Assembly (NCBI GenBank): GCA_944387545.1
Contig: CALXFE010000004.1
Span: 6,562 to 70,561, forward strand
Direction: 5' to 3'
DNA: 64,000 bases
Origin: an uncultured Clostridia bacterium
GTDB taxonomy: Bacteria; Bacillota; Clostridia; TANB77; CAG-508
The notes beneath the pieces were generated by a model. It was not told the origin of the DNA. It made no database searches and saw only the letters and a list, made by a program, of their open reading frames with translations. A program made the position numbers and the translations under genes. Shown here piece after piece: positions 9,017-19,554 of the stretch; positions within the stretch are counted from its first letter, which is position 1; every line of letters begins with the position of its first letter.

Positions 9017-10684
9017 TTAAGCTGCCTCCATTAATTGGTTGCTATTTTCTTCTATTTTCTTATCTATTGATCTTTTTTCTCTTTCTAAAACTTCTGAATA
9101 TGAATCTAATATTTCTAATTCATTAAACTTTACAACTATTGCCATAATAATTTGGGTATCTTTCGGTAATTTCATACCTGTTATAGATTCTACATCATCA
9201 ACAAACATTGGTGTTTTTATACCTAATACTTTATTTAATAGTGTAGCTATTTCAATATCTGCTCTTAATTTATAAGATTTAGATAATTTTTCATATTCTC
9301 TACCAGAATACTTTATGTCATAGACATCTAATATTTCACCTGTTTCCTCGTCTACTTTGCTAAATTCAATAGTTACTTTATCTAAATAATCTGAAACTTT
9401 TTTCATCTGTTCCTGGATAATTAAAAGATTTAATCTTCCTGCTATTTTTATTTGTTTTTCATATTTTTCTATTGTATTTTCTACTGTTTCGATTTCTTTA
9501 TCTAATTGTTCTATTTTTGATTTAGCTTTTATAATCTCATTATGTTTTATTTCTATTTCCTTGTTAAATAAGTCTACTTTCCTTTTTTCTTCTTGTAAAA
9601 TATCAATTCTACCCTTTAGCTCATCTCTTCTTTTTGTCTGCTCTTGCATTTCTGGCGTTTTCATAAGTTCATATTTTTTTATTTGGCTTTCTTTTTTATT
9701 TATGAATTCTTTTGTTTCTTCCTTTAGTTTTCCTATTCTATCAGCTAATTCATTTACATTATTTTTATATTTTATCTTTAAAACTTTAATAAGATTCTCG
9801 TTTTGAATAGGCTGTTTGCATACAGGACAATTAGATGAAGTTGAAGATACATTATTAAAATTCTCAAGTTCCTTTTTTTGCTTTTCCTGAAGACTTTTTA
9901 ACTCTATATTTACATTATTTTTTATCTTTTCATCCAGCTTTTTTATGTCTTTTTCTAAATCTTCTACAGTAATAATATTGTCAGTATTTTCAATTATCCT
10001 TTCATATTCCTGTTCTATATTTTTTAGCTCTTGTGCTTTTTCAAAGACTAACGGACTTTCTTCTTTTTGAATAGCAATATCTATAAGTGCATTTTTATTT
10101 CCTAGCATTTTATCTAAATCAGATTTCATCTCTTTAATTTCTGCCCTTCTTGCCTTATTAAATCCTTTTATATCTACTACTGGTTGTTCTAAAATTTCCT
10201 GTTCTTCTTTTTCTAATAATGTAAAAGCATAATCAGATGAAATTGCTGGTAAAACTCTTAAAAGTAATTCTCTTTGATCTGTAAGTTTCATGCTTCTAAA
10301 GTAACTTGGATTATATGCACAAAGAAAAGCGTGTATGTCTTTATAAAAAACTGAAATTATTTCTTGTGTGGTTCTTATACCATCAAGCATAACGCAATTA
10401 TCTTTTCCTTTACTTCTAGTTATTATATGTTCGCTTCCAGTATTGTCGATAATTGTCATACTTGCTATTGTATTTAAGCCTCTATTTTCTTTGTCATTAG
10501 ATACAACTTCTCTGTTATTACCAAATAGACTGTAACCAGTTAATATCCAAACAGGCAAAGAGCCTATTGTACTTTTATTTTTAGCATTATCACCTATAAT
10601 GTATGTAATATCACTAAAATTAATATTAAATCCATCATCTAAACCTTTATAATTTCTTACATTAAATATATTTTTTATATACAT
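9017..10684 (-). CDS. SbcC/Rad50-like coiled-coil ATPase with a zinc hook.
   Basis: An N-terminal P-loop-like segment (IIGDNAKNKST, degenerate) is followed by a long coiled-coil with a central CPVC zinc-hook. A C-terminal Walker-B-like PMFVDDVESI is present. Confidence 0.5.
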   Translation of the reverse strand: MYIKNIFNVRNYKGLDDGFNINFSDITYIIGDNAKNKSTIGSLPVWILTGYSLFGNNREVVSNDKENRGLNTIASMTIIDNTGSEHIITRSKGKDNCVMLDGIRTTQEIISVFYKDIHAFLCAYNPSYFRSMKLTDQRELLLRVLPAISSDYAFTLLEKEEQEILEQPVVDIKGFNKARRAEIKEMKSDLDKMLGNKNALIDIAIQKEESPLVFEKAQELKNIEQEYERIIENTDNIITVEDLEKDIKKLDEKIKNNVNIELKSLQEKQKKELENFNNVSSTSSNCPVCKQPIQNENLIKVLKIKYKNNVNELADRIGKLKEETKEFINKKESQIKKYELMKTPEMQEQTKRRDELKGRIDILQEEKRKVDLFNKEIEIKHNEIIKAKSKIEQLDKEIETVENTIEKYEKQIKIAGRLNLLIIQEQMKKVSDYLDKVTIEFSKVDEETGEILDVYDIKYSGREYEKLSKSYKLRADIEIATLLNKVLGIKTPMFVDDVESITGMKLPKDTQIIMAIVVKFNELEILDSYSEVLEREKRSIDKKIEENSNQLMEAA

Positions 10685-10707
10685 ATTTTACCTCCAATTA
10701 TTGTATT

Positions 10708-11238
10708 TTAAGATACTTTTTCTGATGAAAATATTTTGTCTAATTGGTCTATATCATAATTGCTTTCCCCATTATTTTGACTTTCTTCAATGTCATTGCC
10801 AATAATATCTAATTCATCATCTGGATTATCTTGTAAACCATCATCTTTATTATCATTTTGAATTTCATCTTTAATAGGGATTGCAAATACTTGTTGCATT
10901 GCATATCTATATGCTCCCGTTAATGCTCCAAATACAGCCCTACCTTTTTCATCAAAACCAGATGCAGGAATTTCAACTTCTATGCAATCCTTTTGTTGGT
11001 CTTCTACATCTATAAATTGATACTTCATTGTTATATGAACTTTATTTCCTTGCGTACCAAAGTTTATAACCTTCTGTGGTAAAATAACAACTTTATTTTT
11101 TATAAGTAATGGTTGAACCATTGAGATTATTTCCTCTGCTTTTACTGTTTTATAAGTTCTCCCATCCTCATCTGTTACTTCAACTTTTATAATTGGTTGT
11201 ATTTCCTCCATTATTTTTATAATCTTCTCACCAATCAT
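10708..11238 (-). CDS. erf: ERF-family single-strand annealing protein.
   Basis: YKTVKAEEIISMVQPLL and GRAVFGALTGAYRYAMQQVFAIPIKDE match the conserved ERF blocks (YKYRS.EDI...vkPLL / TGA.SYARKY.L..LFGI.DD). Confidence 0.6.
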   Translation of the reverse strand: MIGEKIIKIMEEIQPIIKVEVTDEDGRTYKTVKAEEIISMVQPLLIKNKVVILPQKVINFGTQGNKVHITMKYQFIDVEDQQKDCIEVEIPASGFDEKGRAVFGALTGAYRYAMQQVFAIPIKDEIQNDNKDDGLQDNPDDELDIIGNDIEESQNNGESNYDIDQLDKIFSSEKVS

Positions 11239-11822
11239 ACTAATATTCCTCCTACATTTTTTATTTTAATTTTTTGGCAAATTTCAAATATATCTACATT
11301 AGAATCATTATCTATAAATTCAAATATCTTCATATAATCAGGATTTGTTTCGCCTATAATAATTTCTTTATAAGCTATATTTTGTTTTCTTAACTCCTTA
11401 AATGAACTTTGAATACAATTTACAACAAAATTATTTTCACTCCAGTATGTAGATGTCCATACTAAAATTGCATATTGTTTTCCGTATGCTTGATATTCTT
11501 TATAAATATCAATTTTATTAAAAATATTGTTGTGTTTATTTGGCATCTTTTTAATTTTTCTTTCAATGATTTCTAACCCTCGTATATCTATTGCCAATAC
11601 CACCTTAAATTTTTCTTGCTTTTTAAAATTTCTTTCCATTACAATTTTTATGTCTTTTTCTCTAAACCAATCTTCAGTTTTATCAGAGATAAGTGTTACT
11701 AAATATTCGTTATAGTAATATTCTTTTGCTTCTATAATTCCTAATTGTCTATGTTTCTTTTCGCTGATTTTTCCTATACCATCTACAAGAACTACCTCTC
11801 CTTTTCTAAACCTGTTTTTCAT
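11235..11822 (-). CDS. Hypothetical protein.
   Basis: ORF of 195 aa, translationally coupled (overlapping ATGA) with erf. Confidence 0.35.
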   Translation of the reverse strand: MKNRFRKGEVVLVDGIGKISEKKHRQLGIIEAKEYYYNEYLVTLISDKTEDWFREKDIKIVMERNFKKQEKFKVVLAIDIRGLEIIERKIKKMPNKHNNIFNKIDIYKEYQAYGKQYAILVWTSTYWSENNFVVNCIQSSFKELRKQNIAYKEIIIGETNPDYMKIFEFIDNDSNVDIFEICQKIKIKNVGGILV

Positions 11823-12017
11823 TGTAATTCCATCCTTAATTCTTTATCTAATTTTTTTATAAATTTTTTGATGGTTACATTGTATTTATCCCAAAACTTT
11901 GTTATAATTCTATATATAAAAATTAAAGATTGGATAATTAGAATAAGGCATACTATTAAAATTTTCTTTACTACTTTCATTTTTTATCCTTTCCAAGTAG
12001 TCTTGCAACACCCTTTG

Positions 12018-13019
12018 CTAGACTGCTTTTTTATTTTCTATTTCGTCTGAAATTGCTTTTAAAACCTTGTATTGATAAAGTATAGTATTCGTATCTTCCT
12101 TTATCATTTTTAAAGGTAATATGATGCTTCCTGGCTTTAAATATAATATCTGTTCATTATCTTTCTTTTCATTTGGCATTAAAATAAGTTCCAAATCCTG
12201 TTTTTGAACATTCATAAACTTTAATTTTGGAACTTTTTGATTTTTATATATGGTTATTTGACTGCCTTTATACATTAAACAATTTTTTAAAGCATCACTT
12301 TTTTTATCTTTGCTTTCTTGATTAGCATTACTATTTTTATTCACATTATTGCTATTAGTATTATCTTTTGATATTTGAGTTTTATTTTCCTCTATTTTTT
12401 TATTATTTTGTTTATTTAGAGATTCTATATTCTCATTCGTAATTTCTCTAATATCTGGTATATAATTCTTGCCTCCTCTAGGAGCATCTTCAGAAATTAA
12501 ATAAAGTTCATGCCAACAATTTGTAAGATCCTTTCCTAAACGATTTGCTCTTTCAATTCTTTGTTCTATATAGCTAATTCCTTTTTCACTACCAATAGGA
12601 AAACACCAAATACCTTCTTCTTGTGGTATTTTTTCCATATAAAAATATAATCTAGCTGCTTTTTTACATTCTCTTTTTTTCCTATATGGACAATCATTTA
12701 CATTGCACTCTATAATTTGTGCTTTTCCTTTTTCATCAAATACTTTAGCCTTATTTCCATTTCCATAGCAAGTTCTTCTTTTCCCTTCATATCTTTCATA
12801 ATATGTAACCATTGGCTTTTGACATACAAACTTTATTCTTATTTTATTTGGATTCTTATATGCTTTATTAAATAATTCTACTGCTAAACTTGGAGTAGAT
12901 TTATCAATATGCACATTAAAATATGCAAGTTTTACAGGTCTATCATTTTCTCCTCTTGTGCCTGTTCTAACATTGCCCAATAGATTTCCTTTTATACACT
13001 CTTGTAAACTTTTTTCCAT
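12018..13019 (-). CDS. Hypothetical Cys-rich protein (possible zinc-binding).
   Basis: ORF of 333 aa. It contains CYGNGNKAKVFDEKGKAQIIECNVNDCPYRKKREC and an Asn/Lys-rich low-complexity tail. Confidence 0.35.
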   Translation of the reverse strand: MEKSLQECIKGNLLGNVRTGTRGENDRPVKLAYFNVHIDKSTPSLAVELFNKAYKNPNKIRIKFVCQKPMVTYYERYEGKRRTCYGNGNKAKVFDEKGKAQIIECNVNDCPYRKKRECKKAARLYFYMEKIPQEEGIWCFPIGSEKGISYIEQRIERANRLGKDLTNCWHELYLISEDAPRGGKNYIPDIREITNENIESLNKQNNKKIEENKTQISKDNTNSNNVNKNSNANQESKDKKSDALKNCLMYKGSQITIYKNQKVPKLKFMNVQKQDLELILMPNEKKDNEQILYLKPGSIILPLKMIKEDTNTILYQYKVLKAISDEIENKKAV

Positions 13020-13033
13020 ATTATTACCTCTTT

Positions 13034-13288
13034 CTATGCTATTTTTACCAATGTTTTTTTGTTTGAATAAATAAAATCTTCAATTTCAGCAATTAATTCA
13101 TTTCTAACAGTAGTTTTTATTCTTCTTTCTTCATCTTCGCTATTTTTTGTAATACCTGGTAATGTTACATTTAATTCTTCTAATTTTTCTTCAAAAATTT
13201 CTACTATTTCTGAAGCAAATTCTCTTTCTATTGTTTCATTATTACTAGGGATTACATTTTTAGCTCTTTTCTTCGAGATAAATCCCAT
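13034..13288 (-). CDS. Hypothetical small acidic protein.
   Basis: ORF of 84 aa, first gene transcribed leftward from the 13.3-13.8 kb intergenic region. Confidence 0.3.
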   Translation of the reverse strand: MGFISKKRAKNVIPSNNETIEREFASEIVEIFEEKLEELNVTLPGITKNSEDEERRIKTTVRNELIAEIEDFIYSNKKTLVKIA

Positions 13289-13814
13289 AATTTTTTCTCC
13301 TTTCTTTTATATTTTCTTATTTCGTATTTAAAACAAGGGATTAACTCTAAATTCCTCCTTTCCTAAAAATAAAAAAAGCAAAAAAAGAGCAAAGAGGTAC
13401 TGGGGGGTGAACTTATCTTTGCTAACTTTTTTTACTTTATTAAAATTTTAAAGCACACTAAATAAAGTCTTCACTTTTAAAGCATTTAGTGCTTTTTTAA
13501 CTACACTTACACTTGTAAGTAATTCTAGACATTAAAAAATGTCCTTAAACCTAAATCTAAATCTTTTGAATTTAGTTTAGGTAAATGAAATAAGGTTTTT
13601 CCTTATTTCATCACTTGTTTTAAATACATTTATATTATACAACCTATTTTCTCTAAAAAAAATATAAGAAAGAAAAATATTTTTTTATTGATATTACAAG
13701 CTTTTTAAGATATTTTTTACGAAATTTGTAAAATCGCAAGTATTAGTAGATTTTTCGCTGTATTTATGCTATACTTTAAAGTACAGCACAATTTTTTATG
13801 TATTAGGTGATGAT
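13289..13814. promoter_or_regulatory. Divergent intergenic control region carrying several hairpins and inverted repeats. It is a candidate for promoters, oriT or a small RNA.
   Basis: At about 13385-13435 an 8-bp stem AGCAAAGA/TCTTTGCT encloses a loop with a G6 run and is flanked by A-runs and T-runs on both sides. A near-palindrome CCTAAATCTAAAT...ATTTAGTTTAGG lies at about 13547-13580. A perfect 11-bp-stem hairpin ATGAAATAAGG-TTTTT-CCTTATTTCAT lies at about 13585-13611. An extended -10 TGcTATACT at 13767-13775 and an AGGTGA RBS precede the 13815 start. Confidence 0.4.
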
Positions 13815-14264
13815 ATGGACAATATTTATAAATGTGATCAATTAAATCTTATTCCAGATAACACCTTATTTTTATTAGATAATGAATTGGGTAGCATTTC
13901 TTTAGCCCTAAAATCTGAAGAAAACAATTTTAACCATGTTGACTTTAAATTCAAAAAATTACAAATATCTAATGAAACATTTGGCGTTTTATTGTTAAAA
14001 TTGGATGATAAAATTTATAGTTGCTTTATTGATTTAGATAAATTGCAGGACAAAATATGTTTAGAAAAATTACTACATTTTGATTTTCTAACTCTTATTA
14101 TTTTTGGAAATTCTAATGAACACAAAGTCTATAAGATTTCAAATAGTCTGAAAAATAAAATTCTATTTAATATTTCTAATAGTTCTCAAAATATAAAGAA
14201 GCATCAAATATCACTTGAAAAAGTTAAAAATATGTTTTCCAATACAACTTTGTGGAATATGTAA
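13815..14264 (+). CDS. Hypothetical protein (the only convincing plus-strand gene).
   Basis: ORF of 149 aa. A GGTGA RBS lies 6 nt upstream of its ATG, and an extended -10 element is upstream. Confidence 0.4.
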   Translation: MDNIYKCDQLNLIPDNTLFLLDNELGSISLALKSEENNFNHVDFKFKKLQISNETFGVLLLKLDDKIYSCFIDLDKLQDKICLEKLLHFDFLTLIIFGNSNEHKVYKISNSLKNKILFNISNSSQNIKKHQISLEKVKNMFSNTTLWNM

Positions 14265-14325
14265 ACTTATGGATTTAAATTGTCTATTTAAACAAATTAA
14301 AGGATAGATTTATATAACCTATCCT

Positions 14326-14562
14326 TTATAATTTTGTATAACATTCGTCTAAAATTTCATTTTTTTCCTTTGCTGTTAAATTTCTTTTTAATTCTTTTTG
14401 CCTTTCAAAAATTCTTCTGCTTGAAACCTCAATTAATTCCTCTGCTTTTGGTGCTAATAGTTCTCCTACCTTTTTATCTTTTTTCTCATAGTAGGTTTCA
14501 TATATGAATGTTACAACTGCTCCTCCAAATATTATAGCTAGCATAATTTCCATAACTACCAT
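14326..14562 (-). CDS. Small membrane protein.
   Basis: 78 aa with an N-terminal hydrophobic helix (MVVMEIMLAIIFGGAVVTFIY). Confidence 0.3.
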   Translation of the reverse strand: MVVMEIMLAIIFGGAVVTFIYETYYEKKDKKVGELLAPKAEELIEVSSRRIFERQKELKRNLTAKEKNEILDECYTKL

Positions 14563-14632
14563 CCTTTCTAATTCTATTAATATACACCATTATATATGCC
14601 ATCATGTTAAGATTTCAATTTGAGAAAAAATT

Positions 14633-15115
14633 TTAGTTTATTTTATCTATTATTTTTATAGGATATGAACAAATAAGTACCTCTTTATTAGTGTTTATGA
14701 GTTTTTTATTATATTGTTCATTTTCTAATACTATTATTATTTTATCTGCATTAGAATAATCCTTTAATTTTTTAAAAACTGTATCTTGCTCGATATGTCT
14801 TACTACTGCTATATCACAAACTATTTTTTCATTTGTTAAAACTGTAAATATTACAGGAAATCGTTTACTATATCCTATATCTTTAATATCATTTTTTATC
14901 ATTTTTACTACATCCAATGCTACAGCCGTTCTTACATCTACTTTTTTCATTTTTAGATATAATAGTTTTGTTTTTTCATCTTTTATTATTAGATTTGCTG
15001 AAATTAGATATTGAATATCTTGTATTGAACAATTTGTAAAATACATTAACTGTTCCTCACTACAACTTTTAAATTTACTTAAAAATTGCAATACACTATT
15101 TTGAGCTTTAGTCAT
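14633..15115 (-). CDS. Hypothetical protein.
   Basis: ORF of 160 aa, overlapping the upstream gene by 8 nt. Confidence 0.35.
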   Translation of the reverse strand: MTKAQNSVLQFLSKFKSCSEEQLMYFTNCSIQDIQYLISANLIIKDEKTKLLYLKMKKVDVRTAVALDVVKMIKNDIKDIGYSKRFPVIFTVLTNEKIVCDIAVVRHIEQDTVFKKLKDYSNADKIIIVLENEQYNKKLINTNKEVLICSYPIKIIDKIN

Positions 15116-15950
15116 TTGTGTTCTCCCTTCTTACAATTTTCAATAATGAACTATAAATTTTTCTTTTCTCTGGTATTATTTTTTTGACTTTAACAATAAT
15201 CATATCACCAGGTAGTGGAGGCATCTCTAACCAAACTGGAAGTGTTGCCATAGTGTCTATTCCTTGTTTTAAACTTGCAAATACTCCATTATCAGAAAAT
15301 CCTGTTGTTTTAGCCAAATACTCTCCTCCTTCTACAAAGTATTTTCTTATGTTTGTATATGGATCTTCTTTTGTTTCCTTATGTGATACTTTTAAGATTC
15401 CATTTTCTATATCTATTTTTTTTATTATAACTTTTATTTTATCTCCTACTTGATATAACTCGTTTAAATTTGCTACATATCCATATTCTAAATCTCCTAT
15501 TTTGAGTTTTAAATCCATTCCTAAACACTCTATCTGAAGATATTTGCTCCATACTGCCATTACTTTTGCATAAACAATATCTCCAGCTTCGTACTTTTTT
15601 AACTGAATGTTTTTTATTCTTTCCATTGCTTTTTTTCTTGAACCTACAGCAGTATTTGTTAGTTTATCGGATTCTAATATTATAAATTTTATTTCTGAAC
15701 CAATAAGATTTCTAATGGTTTTTTTATCATCTTTTTCTAATCCAAGTTCTTTTCCTGGAATTAGCACTTTTATATTTTTAAAATTAACAATTACACAATT
15801 TATATTATCCTCATAAATTTTACCGTCTTCATGCGTTAGTTTTACTTTCTCATTTTCTATTGCTATTGCTCTTCCTGATAATATTTTATTTTTTTCTTCG
15901 GATGTATTTATATTTTGCCATGCAAATTGTTTTTCTAATTCATCTATCAA
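15108..15950 (-). CDS. Hypothetical protein with a possible OB/S1-like fold.
   Basis: 280 aa with alternating hydrophobic/charged beta-strand pattern (GDIVYAKVMAV...LGMDLKLKIGDLEYGYV). Coupled to the coupling-protein gene by an ATGA overlap. Confidence 0.3.
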   Translation of the reverse strand: MIDELEKQFAWQNINTSEEKNKILSGRAIAIENEKVKLTHEDGKIYEDNINCVIVNFKNIKVLIPGKELGLEKDDKKTIRNLIGSEIKFIILESDKLTNTAVGSRKKAMERIKNIQLKKYEAGDIVYAKVMAVWSKYLQIECLGMDLKLKIGDLEYGYVANLNELYQVGDKIKVIIKKIDIENGILKVSHKETKEDPYTNIRKYFVEGGEYLAKTTGFSDNGVFASLKQGIDTMATLPVWLEMPPLPGDMIIVKVKKIIPEKRKIYSSLLKIVRRENTND

Positions 15951-17824
15951 ACTTTTTTCCTCCTTCCTCTTAAAAATTCCTCGAATGTTGGCAATCTCAC
16001 TTCATCTTCATTTTCATTTTCTTCTAATGGCTTTAATTTATATTTGTTTATAGGCTCATAATTTTCCACTGATTTTTCTTCAATACCTTGTCCTAGTCTA
16101 TACTCCCAATATCTTAATTTTTTACATTTAAAAGGTTTATAGCCTCTTATAATAATTATTTCTTCTGTATTATCCATTCTCATTATTTCATCCTCATTCA
16201 TAACATTTCTTTTAACAACAGATGTTGATTCTACTCCATATTCTAAAGCTCCATCAAATTCTGCATCTTTTCTAACACTACTACTGATTGCTGAACTTAC
16301 TCCGAGAGATCTAGTTACATAACTTGCCGTCATTAGGTCGTTCACGCCCATTACGATTTTAATATCGCAGTTCCCGATTAGCCCTTGCCAAGCATCGTCT
16401 GGATACAACGGGATCAAGGAAGCTATATGCTGGCACACTATCGTACAGGATATGTTTCTGGACCTTGTTGTGCTTAATTTCTGCTGAAAGTCTGGAATTT
16501 GTCCTATATTAGCAAACTCATCTAATAGAATACATAATTGTCTATCTAGTTTTTTATTTATATTTCTATCAGCTTGTCGTATTGTCTTTATGAACAAAAA
16601 TGAAAAGAACAGATTATTTAAGAAGCTCATTGTTGTATCCATATCGCTTATGATACAATAAATAATCATTTTCTTGTTGTTTAAATCTGTAAAATCTATA
16701 TCATTTTTCTCTGTTATTGCTGCTATTTCATCAAGCTGGAAAATTTGAAGTTTAGTAGCAAGTCCTGTAATTGTGCTTTGTTTTATTACATCACTTGCTT
16801 GTGCATATATGTTATATGCAATTTTTGTAATCCCTTTAGAATGTTTAAATACTTCATCTACTTTCTTTATATCACCAGATGCAAGAATTGAGTTTAAATA
16901 CCTCATATTCTTTTTATTTTTATCTTCAACTTCAAATTTAATATGTAATAGTAATGCCTTTAATAAGTTTTCCTGGTTATTTTGCCAGAACTCATCTCCT
17001 TTTTTTCCTACATTTTGATTAGTGCTTATTACCACTTGAGAAAATACTTGTGCATCTATCTCTTTTTCTATAAACTTAAATAAATCTATTCCGTCTGAAT
17101 GATTAGGATTTACTAAATTAAATACTCTTACTTCATATCCTTTTTCTTTAAAAAAATTGCTTGTTAAACCATAAAGTTCACCTTTTGGATCTGTGCATAC
17201 AACATTTTTTCCTTCAACTGCAATTTTTTCTAAAGTTTCCTTTGTAATTTTGTTATTATCTTCAAAAATTTTCTCTTGATCTGCTATTTTTAAAGCATTT
17301 GGGATAATGTAGCTTGTAGATTTACCAGAGCCTGAAGAACCCCAAATCATAATATTACGATTTATTTTCTTACAGCTATCTGGGAGTGTTATTATTTCAT
17401 CTGTATCTAATGTTTTACCTAATACTATTCCTGAAATATTTGCCTCATCTCCTATTTTTAATATATCAATTTCTTGTGGTGTAATTAAACTAGCTGTTCC
17501 ATGTGTTCCATCTTTTGTAAATCTAATACCTTCTTTTTCTGTTTTCATTTGTTTTTTAGTAAAGAAAATATTAAAAATAAATAGTGCTATTTGAACTGTT
17601 ATTATTAAATAAATAAGTAATATTATTTTATCTGTAAATATTGCTTTGAAACAGTCAAATAGATTAGAAATCTCTATTATTTGGTAATCTTTACTAAAAC
17701 ATTTCTCTAGTTTATTTATATACCAATTTGTTATTGGTACAATGGTTATTATTGACAAAAAAATATAAACAAAAGATATTACTAATTTGTTTTGTAATAC
17801 CTCTTTTAGGCTCTTAACATTCAA
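15947..17824 (-). CDS. Type IV secretion coupling protein (TraG/TraD/VirD4 family).
   Basis: N-terminal TM helices, Walker A WGSSGSGKSTSYIIP, Walker B ILLDEFANIG, 625 aa. Confidence 0.8.
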   Translation of the reverse strand: MNVKSLKEVLQNKLVISFVYIFLSIITIVPITNWYINKLEKCFSKDYQIIEISNLFDCFKAIFTDKIILLIYLIITVQIALFIFNIFFTKKQMKTEKEGIRFTKDGTHGTASLITPQEIDILKIGDEANISGIVLGKTLDTDEIITLPDSCKKINRNIMIWGSSGSGKSTSYIIPNALKIADQEKIFEDNNKITKETLEKIAVEGKNVVCTDPKGELYGLTSNFFKEKGYEVRVFNLVNPNHSDGIDLFKFIEKEIDAQVFSQVVISTNQNVGKKGDEFWQNNQENLLKALLLHIKFEVEDKNKKNMRYLNSILASGDIKKVDEVFKHSKGITKIAYNIYAQASDVIKQSTITGLATKLQIFQLDEIAAITEKNDIDFTDLNNKKMIIYCIISDMDTTMSFLNNLFFSFLFIKTIRQADRNINKKLDRQLCILLDEFANIGQIPDFQQKLSTTRSRNISCTIVCQHIASLIPLYPDDAWQGLIGNCDIKIVMGVNDLMTASYVTRSLGVSSAISSSVRKDAEFDGALEYGVESTSVVKRNVMNEDEIMRMDNTEEIIIIRGYKPFKCKKLRYWEYRLGQGIEEKSVENYEPINKYKLKPLEENENEDEVRLPTFEEFLRGRRKKV

Positions 17825-18734
17825 AAATACCTCCTAACCAATCTTTGTCAATTACTTTTATGCTACACCTATTATCACCTACCATTTCTCCTATTTTTTC
17901 TTTATTTTCACTTATTGTTATAATTTCAACTTTTTTTAAACTATCAGAATTTTCTTTATAAAACCATTTTAATTTTTCTATTTTTTCCGTATTTATAAAT
18001 ATCATTTCAATAATATATTTATTTTCATCTAATAAGTAATCTGCCTTATCCCAATCACTAATTAGAAGTTCCTTGTTATACATTGTTTCTAATACTTCAT
18101 GCCAATTTATATTTGAATAATTATTTATAAGCCTTTTATTAGTATTATCATTTACAATAACAATCGTATTTTGCTTTCCAAAAGAAAAGTTTGAATATTT
18201 TGGACATATAATACTTAAATCTTCCACAAAAATTATAATATTTTCGTAGCTAAACGATTTATTTATATCAAAAAGTAGTTGCTTGATATAAACATCTTCC
18301 TTTTTTCTTGAAACATAATATGCAAGATATTCTCTATTATCAATAATTATTTTTCCAATATACCTTCTAGCTGTTTCAGTAAATATATCTTTTTCTTTTA
18401 TAAGCCAGCTAGGTTCAAATTTTATATTAGAATCTATACTTAATGTTGCAATACTAGCAATAGCTTTTAGTCTTTCCATATATGCTTCATTTTTTATATT
18501 TTTAATATATCCTTGTCCAACTTCTCCTAATGCTTTTCTTCCATTTTTATCTAAAATTATGTAGCTTTTATATCTTTTTACATATCCTTTATCTATCAAT
18601 TTATTTACTCTATCTCTGTAATATCTTTTTGTATGATAGATAAGTGTTGCATCTTCTACTTTTAACATTTTATATTTTGACAAAAATTTTAATACTTCTA
18701 AATCTTCTTTTTTTAAGTTGTTTTTCTCTAGCAC
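17814..18734 (-). CDS. Possible replication-relaxation family protein with a winged helix.
   Basis: N-terminal wHTH-like LEVLKFLSKYKMLKVEDATLIY...RDRVNKLIDKGYVKR. Positioned directly upstream of the coupling-protein gene, as in Firmicute ICEs. Confidence 0.35.
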   Translation of the reverse strand: MLEKNNLKKEDLEVLKFLSKYKMLKVEDATLIYHTKRYYRDRVNKLIDKGYVKRYKSYIILDKNGRKALGEVGQGYIKNIKNEAYMERLKAIASIATLSIDSNIKFEPSWLIKEKDIFTETARRYIGKIIIDNREYLAYYVSRKKEDVYIKQLLFDINKSFSYENIIIFVEDLSIICPKYSNFSFGKQNTIVIVNDNTNKRLINNYSNINWHEVLETMYNKELLISDWDKADYLLDENKYIIEMIFINTEKIEKLKWFYKENSDSLKKVEIITISENKEKIGEMVGDNRCSIKVIDKDWLGGIFEC

Positions 18735-18888
18735 CTAAAACCTCCTTTTTTCATTTAAGACACAGTTTTTTCAACGGTGTCTTAAACTATTGAAAAACAG
18801 AAAAGTTTTTTTCCGAGATTTAAAGATTTACAAGATTTTTTTATACAAAATTTTTTCATTTGAATTTTTTTAAATTTTTTCATACTTT

Positions 18889-19485
18889 TTATATTGTTTT
18901 TTGTAATTTTTCTATCCAGGATAAAATATATTTTCCATCTAGTACAAATACTTCTGTATAAGGCTTTTTAGTATCATTTTTACCTAATGCTAGATAAAAC
19001 ATATTATTTATATTGTCATCCTGAATAATATTTTGTAAAACTAACGCATCCACTATTGGTTTTACATATTTATTATCTATATCCATATTTTCTTGTTTTT
19101 CGTGTACTATAATTACTACAAATGTAAGTTTATCCTTAAATAATCCTTTGTAATCTTTTACTGCCTCTGCTGTATTTAATAAAATATTTTTATAAGCATA
19201 GTTATTGATTCTCTTATATTTTGGAATTACTTCTGGAATATATATCTTTAAAATATCCTGTTTCAATTCTGCTTTATATGAATTATTTATACAATGAATT
19301 TTGTCTTGTTCTTCTATTTGTTTATCATTATTTAACTTTATTTCATTAAATATTTCATATCTTGTTTTTTCTAAAAATCTTAAATACTTTTCTATATCTT
19401 TGTTTTCTAAAATATTTCTGTTATTTATAATAAAATCTGTTTGTTCTTTTAATTCGTTTATTTCCGTTAAAATTTTAGAGTTCAC
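18889..19485 (-). CDS. Hypothetical protein.
   Basis: ORF of 198 aa. Confidence 0.35.
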   Translation of the reverse strand: MNSKILTEINELKEQTDFIINNRNILENKDIEKYLRFLEKTRYEIFNEIKLNNDKQIEEQDKIHCINNSYKAELKQDILKIYIPEVIPKYKRINNYAYKNILLNTAEAVKDYKGLFKDKLTFVVIIVHEKQENMDIDNKYVKPIVDALVLQNIIQDDNINNMFYLALGKNDTKKPYTEVFVLDGKYILSWIEKLQKTI

Positions 19486-19554
19486 TTTCTCCTCCTTGTA
19501 AATAAAAAATTAAAGAAGATATAAAAGTTATCCTCCTATATCTTCTTTTTTTGG

